From the NCBI GenBank assembly GCA_907165135.1, contig OU015567.1, forward strand, positions 13,950,001-14,014,000: a stretch of DNA of 64,000 nt, in the 5' to 3' direction. The position numbers and the translations under genes are program-made. Origin of the DNA: Oikopleura dioica. Lineage: Eukaryota; Animalia; Chordata. This document shows positions 22,567-36,153 of this stretch, in pieces. How positions within the stretch are numbered: position 1 is the first letter of the stretch; the number at the start of each line of letters is the position of its first letter. The notes beneath the pieces were generated by a model. It was not told where the DNA came from. It saw nothing but the letters and a program-made list of their open reading frames with translations, and did no database searches.

Positions 22567-25098
22567 TTAGTTTCTATTTTTAAACATTCTTGCTGGCGCC
22601 TGCCACTCTTCCTCTTCTGCACTCTCATCAGACGATGACTCCTCTGTGTCCGGTTCCTTCTCAAAAAGTAGAGGAACCCGCGGACCCGAAATGGGGATCA
22701 TGCTATCCGAAACGAACTCAACGTCATCGTCTGAGTCGTCACTCGAGAGTAGAATCACAGACGATTCATTTTGATCCGATTGCCCCGTTTCTGCATTCTA
22801 AGACACTCAATTAGGGACCTGTGGAAATGAAAATGCAACTACTTTATCTGGGGTATTTTTTCTATTGCGGCTAGTTCTTGCTCTGTTTCCTGCTGCAGAT
22901 GGTGCCTGTACGCATTGTTCCGGCAAAATTGCATTTTGACGGTAGGTAAACAGTTGATCGAAGGTCTGACCGTTCTCTTGGCCAATCATACCGTTTTGGT
23001 GAACAGCTGGTGAGGATGTCGTTCGTGGTTCCATTCTAGTGACGAAAATGATAGTTTTCATGCAATTTCGGTACAGTAGGAATGAGTGAAATATTTTTGT
23101 GACTTCTATTTTTACTACCGGGCATCGTGACTTTACCTGGATCTTTTTGGAGTCGGGGACACAGCAGCTTCATCATCTGAGTCATCTGAGATGCAAATGA
23201 TGCTGTCGTCCCCAGTTGGAGTTGCTGCTGGGGCGAAAGTCAATTCTTCCTCGGTCTTCATGTTGTCGATCTGCTCTTGCATTGATTCCTTCGTTGGCGC
23301 TTCATCATCGGAATCGTCGAGCGCGACGATATCGTCTGAAATGAAGAAGTCATTTGTTAGAAGCTCACTTTGATTTCTTACCTGGCTTGGAGACAACCGG
23401 CTGTTCTACTCTAGGTTTCTTCTCCTTCTTCTCTTTGTGCTCAGTCCAACCACCCGTTGGCTCGAAGTCCACTTCGTTCGCTTTACTTTTTTTGCAGATT
23501 TCTGCAAAATACTCGTCCACGACCAACTCACTAAATAATCCCTTTACAAGCTGTCTTCCTCAAGGAACTTACTTGAAGTAAGCCTTTTTATGGCAAACTG
23601 GGCAGTTCCAAGTTGGCTTCTTTTCGTTCATTCTCAGATATGGATCGGCATCGAAGCACTAGGAAAGGATGGGTCGTCCGTGATTTCAATCGCTTCTTTA
23701 CCTGAAAGTGGGAGCACTGTCTGGTTCGAACAGGCGTCGTCATTCGAATGCACCCGACAGGACACTGAAGCGAAGCTGAGATGCTTCCACAAGCAACATC
23801 CGCGTTAGGATCAAGCTTTTCTCGAATCAAATTGATCGTCTCTTCCTTTGGCACAACGTTCGCCTTCACTCTTTCTAGAACTTGCTCGGCAGGAATGCCT
23901 TCTGACAAGTCGACGGAAACTCCCCATCGTCGAGTCTGATTCTCTTCCTTCCATTGGCACCAGACGCCAATATCGATGTATGACAAGTTCGCAATTATGG
24001 CCTTTTCAATGACATGTCGGAGCTAAAACGGATATTGAAATCAAGGAAGAGTATGGAATTTCGTTTACCTCTGGAGTAATATTGACAGGCTTTTTCTGTC
24101 GTCTAGGCTCGACACCAGCTTTGCTAGGTGGAATGTGAGGAGGTAACGTTGTTTCTCTATCGTTAATACGCAGTCGAATGGAAAGTGGCAGGTCGTCGTT
24201 GAGGATGCTGTGACCAAGGGAAACACTTGACAAGTCGAAAAATCGAAGAAGGAATAAGTATTTTTCCTTCGTTGCTCCCTCAAAATCAATTATTGGAATG
24301 AACAGGAATTGAAAAGTACCTGGCCGGCTTTGAACTTGTCCATACAAGTTTTCGGAATTCTGATCCAAAATTGCGTGCCACTCATGCGCGTCCCGTTTCC
24401 GGGAATTTTGGAAGGCTTTAGAATCGACTCAATTTTGTCGTAGAACGCAAGCGGTCGGAGTTTCACTCCTGGCTCAGCCTTCATTACTGGACCTTTGAGT
24501 GGTGGGACACCAAGTCCACTATCGTCGTTGATGAACAGATCACCAACAGCGCCAAAGGCGTCTAGATCAGACATGGCTATTCCTGGCCCGTGGTATTGAT
24601 GCATTCTCGACGGGTTTCGCAGCTGATCGAGCTCTTGAATCTTCCGCTTGAGCTCATTTGTGATGGTTCCATTGAGCAAGTCTAAGGATCTCTCCATGAG
24701 CTCGCGCTTTCTTCCAGTTTTTGGGCGATTTTGACTGTGAAGAAGAGACTGAAAACTGGAGTTAGTAAAATTCCACATCACATATCTGGGCTGTTTGTTT
24801 CCGTTGCTTTTATACAAAGAATGGTAACAGGAGGACCAGTGCATCACATCTCCTCCTTAGAAAATAATGCCGGATCATGCTGATGATGATTCACTAGTCT
24901 ATGACGCGTGAAACGGTGAATGTTCAAGGATGATCTTTTCTGGCAGAAAAAATATATTCTGTAGCTTACCGTGAGCTCGGAGACCCGAAACTGGCATATC
25001 ATCTGCCGCAGCGCAGACAATTCATTTGGATTCGCCATTGCGTCTTTCTTACATGTCCATTCCAAGTTTCTTAACCATTCTCTGTCAGATGGATTCAT
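22567..25098 (-). CDS. PIAS: PIAS-family SUMO E3 ligase
   Basis: SAP (FRVSELT..GRKRELMERSLDLL), PINIT (VKLRPLAFYD; VEPRRQKKPVNITP), SP-RING (SLQCPVGCIRMTTPVRTRQCSHFQ) and SIM-acidic motifs. Confidence 0.9.
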
Positions 25099-25323
25099 CG
25101 TCGCGCAAAATTTTTAAAATTGCGTCCGAGTTTTGTTGAAAAAATAAAACTTTGAATTGAAGCCGAGTAAAAAATTAGCAGATGTGCGGAATGAAAAGTC
25201 GAAATGAATAACAAAAAAAGATAAAAACAGGAGTAAGACGAGTTAGATTAGTCTGACAGACAAGCTATCTAGAGAATAGTTAGCTGAGCTCTAGAGAGGA
25301 AGGGAATGTGTAAAGAGGGAATG

Positions 25324-28300
25324 CTACTCTTTGGTGAACATGACTGGTCCGACATTTGAACCACGTGGTTCGAGCTTGACCCGGCCGCCGAAGTCCGCGG
25401 AGGATTTCACATGAAGGTCACTTATACTTTGCTTCATCGAATGCAAACTATCACGATTCGACAAAACGCGCTCGAGGTCGCTGATCAACTGTTTCTTGAC
25501 GAGTTTGAGTTTGTCCACGTGATCGGTGAGTTCCAAAATAAGGCTGGGAAAGAATCATCAAAACAACGAGATTTGATAAGAATAAATACCTGTGTTGTTT
25601 TTTGAGCTTTTCTTTCAACCCGGCGATAGTGCTGTCTTTATCAGCGGCGGATTGAACAAGATAGGAATAAGGCTGATTCACTCCGTCCATCGCTGCTTCG
25701 AGGGATTGGACTTGTTCTTTCAGTTTTGTGTTGCTTTCTTTCAGAAGATCCAGCTCTCGGGACTTATCGACGTTAATCCGTTCAAGGTTGAGCGCACGCT
25801 TGGCGAGTCGCACGCTTTGCTGCATTCGCCGCCTGGAGTTCGTCGGCATATTTCCGCCGATTCCGAAATTCCTGAGCATTTGCTCCGGGTCGTTCTCATT
25901 ATCGTCGTCGGCAATGTGCAGTACCACGCTATCGAGCTCCTTTTCGAGGTTTTCAAAAGTCTTGAGCTTGGCCGAGATTTCGCGATTTTCCGCTTCCAAG
26001 TGGAGTTTTTCTTTTTCCGATGAGTTTTGGATTTTGAAAATTTCGCGCTGAAGCAGTTCCATTTTGCTCGTTGCCGCTTTTGCGTCGCGCTGGGAAGCGT
26101 CGAGGGCCTCACGGAGCTCGGTTTTGGCGAGTTGATGACGCTTGGATTCAAGTTGTAGGCTTTGGTACGAGGTCGTTAGTTCCGATTCCCGGAGCTTATG
26201 GGCTGCTCGAGTTTCTGTCAGATCATTCTGGGCCGAAGATAACGACTCACGAAGCCTATAAAAAGGTCTCTTTGGCAAATCTTGGTTAGGGGGCTAAAAT
26301 GTTACCTTTGATTCGCCAACTCCAGATTTTCTTTCTCGTGCTGAGCCTGATCTCTAGCTTCCCGAAGAACAGCATTCTCTCTTGAATACAGCTGCGAAAG
26401 ATCTTGCTTTATCCGGTTGAGCTTTCAAAAGGTGCAAAAAGTATCGAAAAATCATACCCGCCCAAATTGCGGGCAGCACTTTCTCGTGGCGCCCTATTCC
26501 GCGCGCAATTCAAATCAATATGTTTACGCGCGAGATTTGGCACGCTCATTGGCTCGCAGAGACAATGAATCTGATTCAGTACTACCAATATTGCACCTTT
26601 CCTCTTGGTCAGTTTCAAGTTTGAGCTTTTCGACTTGCTCTTTTCGCTCGGCATGGGCGCTCATTCGGGCTTCGGAAGTGCCAGTTAGATATTTTTCCAT
26701 AATCTGCTCACGGGCGGTTTGAAGATCCATGTTACGTTTCATAAGATCTTAAAGTAAAATTAATAATTTGACAGTTGAAATCAAGGAAGTCACCCTGTTT
26801 ATGAAGCCTAATTTTACCTTGATTAATTTTGTCGAGGTCCCCATTTTTCTGTTGCAACTCTGTATTAATTCTCTTCAAGTATCCTTTATCTTCGGTGAGC
26901 AGCGACTCTCGTTGTTTCGTCATTTCGAGTTTGACAGACAGATCCTTCACTCGCTCATCAAGTTCTATTTTCTCTCGCTCAACGAGCATCAATTTCTTCT
27001 GCGCGATTTCAAGATCAGATTCAAATTGAACGTGTGCTTGATTTAACTCGTCAAACCTGAAAAAAATCATTTCAAGAACAGATGAAGAAAAATGATATTT
27101 CTACCTTTTTCCTTTGTCGAAATTTATCGCGACCAGGTCACGTGCTTCTTTTAATTCATCGTCTACGGTTGTGTATTTCAGGTCGAGTTCTCTAAGTCGG
27201 TTTTCAAGACGGTGGCATTCTTCGATTTTGAGATTCAGACGGCCTGCTTGCTCCTAAATTTAATCCCATGATTCAGACCGGCTTTCTATATATACTGTCG
27301 TATTTATATTTAAATATAGATATGTGTATAAAGATAGAGACGACATATGAACTTATTTCGAAACTGGTTTCTTTCATAATCTTATTTTATCTTTTTGATG
27401 ATACGATTTATCCTTTCTGTATGATCATCTAAAAGTATTAGAGTCGATGATAAATTTTGAGAAATTTCCTTACTTCATGTGATATTTTTGTGTTGCATGA
27501 TGCAACTTGCATCGGTATAATTACTTCAAATTGCCCTGAGTTTAACCCCTAGCACAAATCCCCTAGTGCGTCTTAGAGAATGAAAGCGATATCACTAACA
27601 GATAATTCTCCGTCCGAAAAGTAAGTCCAAGTCTCGGATTTCGGTAGAGTACCGCAAGTATACAAACTCCTTTACAAAAGCTATGAAAAATGTCCTTTTT
27701 TATCGATCGCTGCTCGGTCCAATAAAAATCGAAAACGCATCAAATATTAAAGAGTAAATAAATTAATAAAACCCATTTATAATGAAATGGCTACCTGAAA
27801 GGAATTGCTCATGGAATCAAGTTGACTCTTCAAGACTTCGATTTCCGTCCGCTGCGGTTGAAGCATCTCATAAACGCGCGAGGAAACCATTTGTCTAATT
27901 GAGCGCTGATTTTGTGGAATCGCCGCGATTTTACCGTATTCTTCTTCATCAATCTTTATCGATTCGAGCCCCTCCTCCAGCAGCCGCGCTTCTGACATTA
28001 AATTTTTGTTCATCTCCTCAAGCTGGCCCTGGCGCTTTCGAATTGCGTCCCAGTCTTTTGTAGATTTGCGGGACATTCGCTCGTTTTCCGCCACGGCTTG
28101 GGAGAGACGCGTTTGTAGAATTCTAGAGGAACGCTCGGCTCCTTGTGCGCGGTCTTCCAGGTCATCGATTCTGCTCTAAAAAGTTTTACCGAAAATGAAA
28201 TCAAGGAAGAGAATCCTCGGAAAAATTAAGATTTACTCGAGTTAGTTTTGCCCCTTGAATGCGTGAATGAGTGATTTGCTCATCGATAATTTACCTGAAA

Positions 28301-28498
28301 GTCATGTTTGAGCGACTCAATTTGAAGCTTCTTCGACTCGAGCTCGATCCTCAGCAATTCAAGATCATTATTCTGCTGCCGGACGAGTAACTCGGACTCG
28401 GTTATTTCCGAAAAAGTATTCTCGCTAAACGAAAGGGTAATTTTTCTCTGTTCGAAAAAGAGTAGGAAAAAGACTCTCTTACCTAAGCGTGTTCTCAT
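25324..28498 (-). CDS. PIBF1: PIBF1/CEP90 coiled-coil centrosomal protein
   Basis: EEEYGKIAAIPQNQRSIRQMVSSRVYEML and LEKELDSVV..GIGGNMPTNSRRRMQQSVRLAKRALNLE match PIBF1 segments as I remember them. Start position approximate. Confidence 0.85.
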
Positions 28499-28997
28499 TC
28501 ATTTTTCATCTAAAATAGTTAATTATATATTAGATAAAAATTAACTTATTGAATATTTAAAACAGTTGCAAAGGCAAAAAAATGATTATTAGAAGAACCG
28601 TAGTCATCCCATCGATCCGGACTCGCTCAAATCGAACCTATATCGACTTTGGTTGGGTATTTAAGATCTGGAGCACGATTCCGATGGGAATTAAGGGAGT
28701 AACGATGACTTTTTCAAAAAAGAGGGTCTCGATTAAAAAAGTTTGAATTGAAAAAGCTTCTCTCTTTGTATTGCACTAGAATTAGTAATAAACACTTTTC
28801 AAATCTGATCAGAAATTTCAATTTTGAACAGAAGAAGCTTTTGAATATATTTTTATATATTATATAAAGAAAGAAAAGAAAATAGAGAATCACAGGTATT
28901 TATAAAGAAAGAAGGCTTTGGAAAAAGGCAGTGAACTCGAACACCAGAATTGAGACAAAAGAGAACCAGCAAAAGTATAATTTAGGCGCGACGAGGG

Positions 28998-29967
28998 CTA
29001 CTTTTCCGACTCGTAGAATAATTTCAGCACGCCCATGTGGCTGTTGGCAATCGCAAATGTCAGACATTGGCCATCGGCGAGAATGGTATCGTCGGTGTCG
29101 CGAATGATGATTTTGTCGCTGGATAGTTTCGTTTTCAGAAATTCTGAACAAGAAAACAGTTTCAAATACAACTTTCAACTACAAATAAGCGCTTATTCAA
29201 TTATTTTTTCGATCACGAACCTGTTAGATGGCCAATTTTTGGCACATTGGAAGGGTTCTTCGCCAGGTCGACTTTGAATATGAGATTGAAACTCGTCTCT
29301 CCAATCGTATCGGCTCCTGGCACAAGTGAAACATTGACCTCTTCCACCAGTTCTTCTTTTGCTTGTCGCTTCGCCCCGGCTTTTGGAGTGCCGTTCTCAT
29401 GTTCTATTAAAGGCATTAGCGCATTATCATGTGATCTAACTCTACTAGTCGGAGCAAGAGGGATCAATAATTCAACAAGATTCTATTTTAAATTACCATT
29501 GGCGCCTTTTATCTCTTTGCCGCCTTTCTTTTTGTTCTTCGGGTTGAAATCGTGTTTTTGCATCACTTCGCTCAATAGTTGCGTCTGGTGCTTTTCGTAC
29601 TCGTCACGTGACGGGTACAACTTTGCGATCAGAGCATCGAAGATGGGATCGTGTCGAAGAGATCTTCTTGACACGAGTCTCTAACAAAAAGAGTCTAAAA
29701 ATGATTCGGGTTGATTTTATTCACCTTTCTGCAAGTAGGGCATTCTTTGTTTCCTGATCGAAGAGCGGTCGTGATGCACTCTTGACAAAATCTATGAAGA
29801 CACTCCTTTGTCGTCATGGTCCCCCGCAGGATGTCGAGGCAAATTGGGCACATCAAAAGCGCATTTAAAGCCTTTCGCTGGACTTTGATTTCCGTCGAGT
29901 CCAGGATCAGCTCCTGCGGCTTCCGATTCAACTCATACCGGCTCAATTCAAATTGCTTCTCAGCCAT
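28998..29967 (-). CDS. RING1: RING1/RNF2 (PRC1 H2A ubiquitin ligase)
   Basis: [40 protein letters not shown]|..[26 protein letters not shown]. The last exon [15 protein letters not shown] is RAWUL-like. Confidence 0.92.
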
Positions 29968-30209
29968 GGCTAGAAAGAAAACAAGATTAAAAAATGACGA
30001 AGGAGTTGCGGTTCTCAAGTGTTATTTTAATTGTCAACCCCTGGAATTCGAGTAAATTCCCAGGGGAGCGTTTGTCACGAGAACGAATTGGTACAGATGC
30101 ACTTGAACTTTCTCCTACAGGTTGATCTTCCCCTGAAAATAGAGAGACAGGTGGAAGAAAACATTCAATTAGACTATGGTGGTACGTGCTGGTAATGAGC
30201 AGTTGTTTC

Positions 30210-31434
30210 TTAGAACACGTCGTCGTTGTAGGCCAGGTAATCGCGATCGAACTTGTGGACTCGGATGTAACCATCCTCAGCGCCGGAGCAGTAGCTTTTG
30301 CCGTCGGGGTGGAAAGCGAGCGTGTTGATGGGACCGAAGTGACCCTTGATCGAGCCGAATTCTTGCTCCATGAGCAAGTGGAAGAATCGAGCTTCGAATT
30401 TACCGTCTCGGGCGTCCGTCGTTGTGACATCCTTGGCGTCTTGACCACCACCAATAACAACGTGATTAGCTCGAGGACTAGAAAAACCGTATAATGTAGA
30501 AAAAAGGGATCGTATTTTACCTGATCATTGCAGAGTTAACTGGTACTTGGGATTTGTAGACCTTCAAGTTGTTCAAATCGGTCGAGTCAAAGAGCTTGGC
30601 TGACTTATCCTTCGAAGCAGTGATCAACATCGTCTTATCTTTTGAAAGCTTAAAGAATCATGAGCAAGCGAAAGGTTGACGTTTACCTACCTGCATGTCG
30701 TTGATGATCTTATCATGAGAAGTTGTATCCTTGTGAAGAAGCTGAAGGCCCCTGGCGTCCCAGATGTACAAGTTTCCGTTGTCGTTTCCGGAGATGATTG
30801 TTTCATCGTTGTACCCCCAGAGAGTCTGAGAGAGATGGTAAAAATCGATTAGTTTTGATGCTGTTTTCTACCTTGACGGGAACAGAGTCTTGGTAATCGC
30901 TCTTGGGAACTTCTTGTCGCTTGACTGGTCCTTGCGTGGCTGGCTGTCTGATGTCGAAAACGTTCAAAGCGGGGGTCTGTCTCATTTCAGCACCAGATGG
31001 GAAAACTAGAAGAAAAGAAGGGTTGAAAGATGGGAGGGATTCAGTTTTTACCGATAAGATTTCCGCAGTAGGAAAACTTTACTGACTTGGCGGAGGTAGT
31101 AAGGCCGCCATTTTTATCGTCGATAGTGGTCAAATTTTTGCCGGTTTCAATGTCCCAAATTCGGACTGTGAAATCAGCGCCACCAGTTACAAGGTGTGTG
31201 GTTTCCCAGTTGGGATCAACTCCCCAGACGGAACCCTAAAATGCCAATTAAAATCTTTTTCCTCGCATTTATCCTCACCTGGTGACCTTCGTAAGTTCCA
31301 AGTCGCTCTCCGTTGTCGATGAACCAGACAGAGACCGATTTATCCTTGGAAGTGGAGAAGAGCAAATCGCCGTCTCTGTTGTATTTGATCTGAGTGAGCG
31401 AACGCTCGTGACCTTGGAGCAGCGTCGGTTTCAT
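30210..31434 (-). CDS. EIF3I: Eukaryotic translation initiation factor 3 subunit I
   Basis: [27 protein letters not shown] at the start; [41 protein letters not shown] near the end. Confidence 0.95.
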
Positions 31435-31664
31435 AGTCTGAAAGTTTTAATAAATGATGCTTTTTTTGTAGATTCATAGAAAAAAGAAGAAACAATTTTA
31501 GTGTTTTATTCAGGAACTTGAGATTTGGATAGTCAAGGCAACGATGGTTTGCTACAGAAAATAATATAAAATAGGCAGAAAGTAGAAGTGATGATGTAAT
31601 ATGAATTAATAAGTACAATATTATTTACTTCGACGTGCAAGGTATGAGCGATGATAGCTTTTAT

Positions 31665-32895
31665 TTACTCTAAGTCGAGGGCTTCTTCGATATGTTCGAC
31701 GACTTCGACGATTTCTTCAAGCACGTGATGATAGGAAAAGTGAAGATATAACTTTTTACGGATATGAATTGTTGGTTTGTAACAAACCGTTTGTTTTTAA
31801 AACAAAGATCATTTCCGAGCCCGTTCCAAAAAGGTCATGTGAATAAAAATGACGATACTCGACGCTAGGATTCTTTGAGAGACACCGACAGTTCTTGAAG
31901 CGATTACAGTGGCCATTCGGGCACTAGAAGCGCCGCAGATGGTAAACCAAAACATAAAAAAGGGAGTCCTATCGTACTGGAAAAACTCGGCGAGGAAAGA
32001 CACCACAACGTGACTGACCATTCCATAGCCAGCAATACTACATGCCTAAAGAGAAATTTGACGACTGAAATCAAGGAAGAGAACCACCTGAATTTTATTG
32101 ATGTACGTGCTACATAGATAAGATAATCCAATGATAACGCCGGATAGAAATGCCCAGTACCCAAAGCACGTGGTCAGCGCAGTTTCTATTAATGTCGCTT
32201 CTTCCAAAGAGGTATTTGAGGTCTTCATGTTCATTTGTAGCACTGCGACAAGGGTGAGAGATGTGACTAACGGTCCGTAGAGCTCGGTCGGAACTAAAAT
32301 CTGATAAAAAAGAATCGATTGAGGGGAAATCAGTACCTTTTTCCGGAGAGCTTAGATCAGTAATTGGTACGAAGCTCTGAATGAGTCGATTGACAACGGT
32401 CCTTGGCTCCACATCGAAATGTGGTCGTAAGTTGTCCAGATTTGCGTATGCTTTAACCCACGTTTTGGCTAAACAAATATTGCGTATAATGTAAAAAAAA
32501 CAGAAGCTAACCTTTTTCTTTTCCAGTTGAAACCATTTGGTGCACCATTTCAGCAGCAGCGATTGTAGTTTCGGAGGGCCTACAAAAAGAGTCAGATACT
32601 GAATTCTATGTGCTTGAGATAACCTAAATTCAGAGTCGATAGATCTTCTGACAACTCCGCTAGAAGCAGGAACAGTCAACGATGCATTGGAGATGTTGAC
32701 AGCCGGTGGATCATGAGTTGGATTCACCAGCGTTCCTTCGGGGACTTCTTCGATCGACGGAATGGTGGTGACTTCCGCCTGTGTGACTCCTCCATTTGCA
32801 AGAGCGACTCGCGGACCGAGGTCCTCGAAGCTCTCTGTGTCCGTCTCTGACATTTCGATTGTCACAGCTGGCTCCCCGCTGCTTTCGGTTTCCAT
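31665..32895 (-). CDS. YIPF3: Yip1-domain protein YIPF3
   Basis: YANLDNLRPHFDVEP, ELYGPL, MKTSNT..EATLI..ALTTCFGYW and the C-terminal HHVLEEIVE match YIPF3. Confidence 0.85.
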
Positions 32896-33055
32896 TCTAG
32901 CGTAACAGATATGTTTTCTTGATATCCGAATATGCATATTTTTATTTAAAAAACGCGCGAAAAGCAGAACCACAATAAAATATATCCGTTTAAATACAAT
33001 CATGGAACATGTTTATACAGGGCAATGGGTTTTATGTAGTGAAAGGGATGGTGTC

Positions 33056-34245
33056 TCAGTAGAATCTGAACTGACTGTCAGCTGATGTCTTCTTAGCTGG
33101 GAATCGCTTCTTTTGATTTGACATTTTTTCAAACCAGGACTCTGCTTGAATAGTGACAGAAGGAGCAGTGACATCGATGACGCCGCCGAAATCGATTGAG
33201 GCGACCTTTCGGGGATGACCGGCTGTGTTCTCGCCGCCGAGGTTGATCGTTGTTGTTGGTCCATCACTAGAAATGACGTTAGGATAGTAAGGAGAATGGG
33301 CCCTCACGTTTTCTCAGAGTAATCGGAAAATCCATTGACTTCAATTTCATCAGCAGTGACTGAGAATGTGTGCTTGTTCTGATCAGGCGCTGTTCGGATG
33401 ATGACTGCTACGTTCGAAACCAGCTTGGCGGATTTTAGAGAAGAATCGAGATGGACATCGATCTCGTCTCCGGAAAATATCTTTAGCTCTCCGTCACATC
33501 CATCTAGGAGGACCCGGCCAGCTGCTTCAATATCTGTATTTCCATTCACATTTTTCACCATGGTCGATCCACTGCCCCGGATAAGCACATTTCTAAATAA
33601 CTGTAAGAACACATCAAATCACCCGAACTAACCCTGCATAAGCAGATTCCAAAAAGATATCCTTTCCTCTCAGATCAATAGTAAGACTCTGAAGCGTTCC
33701 AGCTTGAATATCGCCCTTTTCCGTGTGGGCTTTTACGTCACCAACGGTCCGCCCGTTTAAAAAGATGTTTCCATCGGCGGATTTCAGATCTATCGATTCG
33801 CCAAGGATGGAGTTGGCGATTTTGATTGAATTTAGAACAATGTCGCCGCCTTTTGAGCGGACTTTGACGGAAGGTGCTTCCAAGTTGGAGACCGAGGTTG
33901 CCCCGTTTTCGGCTTTGATGTTAATCTTTGAATAGACAGAAATGTCACCGTGAACATCCTACTTTTGGGGCACAAGAATAGACTTGAAAGTCTTCTTTTG
34001 ACAAGAAAATAGTACCTTTCCTGTTCTCCAGCAGCGAATATATCCAGTTCCGCGTCACTTCTTTGGCGAACCCACGAATCAAGCTCATCGAGGTTGAAAA
34101 TAGCTTGATCAGCAGAAGGGTGCTTGATCAAATCCATACATTTCAGATGAATCCCTGTAGCGTCTGTACTCTTGCCTTGAACTGATAGATTTGCGGAAAG
34201 ACCGGAAATCGTATGGTGCGCTCGGCGGAATACGTTTCGAAGCAT
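33056..34245 (-). CDS. FAM185A-like protein (DUF4097/adhesin-like beta repeats) with a presequence-like N-terminus
   Basis: Repeated S/T-x-x-G-D/N-I motifs (RSKGGDIVL, KSADGNIFL, HTEKGDIQA). The C-terminus contains IQAESWF. N-terminus MLRNVFRRAHH. Confidence 0.55.
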
Positions 34246-34301
34246 TCTTTTATCAAATTTATTGAATTAGATTTCTATTTCTGTATCAATATGTGGTTAT
34301 A

Positions 34302-35785
34302 TTAATTAAGTTCTATTTCGGGCATTATCGTATCAGTAGGTTTTTCCGCTACGGGCGGCCGTAGAATAAAGAAAAGAACAATTGCTGAGTAAATTATCGT
34401 AGAGTAAAATAGCACGAGCGGAACACAGCTGGAAGTTTCAGCAGGCATAAAAATAGGAGATAAATGGCTCAAGCCTGATGAAATTAAAATGATTATAAAG
34501 CACAAGATATTAAAAACGGCGAGAAAATATGGAAATAGAGTCGTGACGCTTAACTCCGTATAAATAGTTTTTGTAAGATTTCGGAAAATACCGATACAGA
34601 AGATGACTAAAGATGCTATTTCGAGCGCTAGAAAGGTTGGATATAGTTTGGAACTGCATAAGGAGAGCCATATTTGAGCGAAAACGTCGACTAAGGCGAT
34701 GAATGAAGAAAAAAGGAGGGCAGGGATGGCGAAAGGCCACTGGTAAGGGCTTTTTGCGTGCGAAGGGATGCATAAGTTGAACAGGAGGACGATCCAGAGG
34801 ATGCATGAGAGGAAGCCGGACCATTTACTGAATTATGTTTAGAGAACATCATGTTTAACGCTGTGTTCACCTTATTTGAATAAGGGAGAGGTGGTAGAAT
34901 GATCCAGGTTTCCAGTCGTAAATGTAGGGCCAATTCGAGATCGCTGAATAAATTCTTCATCAGTTATTCAGGGAGTTACTTACAGAAAAGAAGCAGAGCC
35001 GCAGGAAATATCTTTTGATCGATGCTCCAAGATGTCCATTTGTAGTGCCGCAGCGATCTGGCGAAAAGACCAGCGATCATGCAGCAGAAAAAAGTACAAC
35101 CCAGCTTGAAAAATTGCTCTAGCTCGGTGTAGTTTTTTGTGGGAGTTACACTTTCAAATGTCAGTTTTGCTCGCTCTAGCTCTGTCTTTATCTCTGCGTC
35201 AATGAAAAATGAAGTGGTGAAGGATTTTTTCTGCGTTGTTAGTTTCAATTTCGCCATAGCTTCATCAGTGCTTGCTCCAAAGATTTGGATCCAATCGCAA
35301 GTTCCTGATTTGTCGCAGGGAATCTGATGACTACCACAGTCCTCCCCAGACTCAACGATCGGCAAAATACAGTCGGCAGAAGTGATGTTCGAGCACGAAT
35401 AATCGGAAAATTGGAGGCCGCTTTCGGCTTGGATTGAACTGTCGATTCCAATACCTATGAAGTTGAAGCTTACTTCTATCTTCGTCTCATTATCTACGAA
35501 TATTTTTGTGAAAAAAATCCTTCAGAAAAACTTGATAAAGAAAATCTTACCTGAAGAAATAAGCAGATGAACATCTTTCGCCAGTTTCGAACTGATACTC
35601 ATAAACACCCTGTATCTGTCCTCCTCAACCCTCTGATAAGGCACCGAGGTTTCATACGCATCACCAAGCAGCAGCCCGGCAACTATGGCCGAAACGAGGA
35701 CTACGAGGCCAGAAACCAAGAGCGCGATGAGCACTCGTGGTTTGGCCGAGTACAAATGAATCCGTTTCCGGTCATAACATTCCAT
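34302..35785 (-). CDS. Uncharacterised multi-pass membrane protein (may be more than one gene)
   Basis: A chain of co-oriented exon-like ORFs with several hydrophobic segments. No family recognised. Confidence 0.45.
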
Positions 35786-36153
35786 CAAACGGACTAGAAA
35801 TAAATAAGTGATAAATCGAACTAATAGTTTATTTGATTGTTTTTGTTTTTTTTTACATCGTTGAACTGACATTCAAAAAAGAGCGCGACAAATAAAGTAA
35901 AAAAGTGGAGGCATTTGTTTTATTTTAATGAATTTTCGTTAATTCGGTGAATAAACCTATCGGGTTTCCCAATAAGAAGAAAAAAAAATATAAAGAAAAA
36001 GCTTGAAACTGAGAATTTCGAACACAAATCTGACATATAAATAAATAAAGTTTCGGATTTTTTAAGCGTGAATATTCTTGATAGATTGAAAGACGATGAA
36101 GAATTTCAGAGAAAAGCAAGGTTTCAGTACGAAAAGGAGAAATATAAAAGGGA

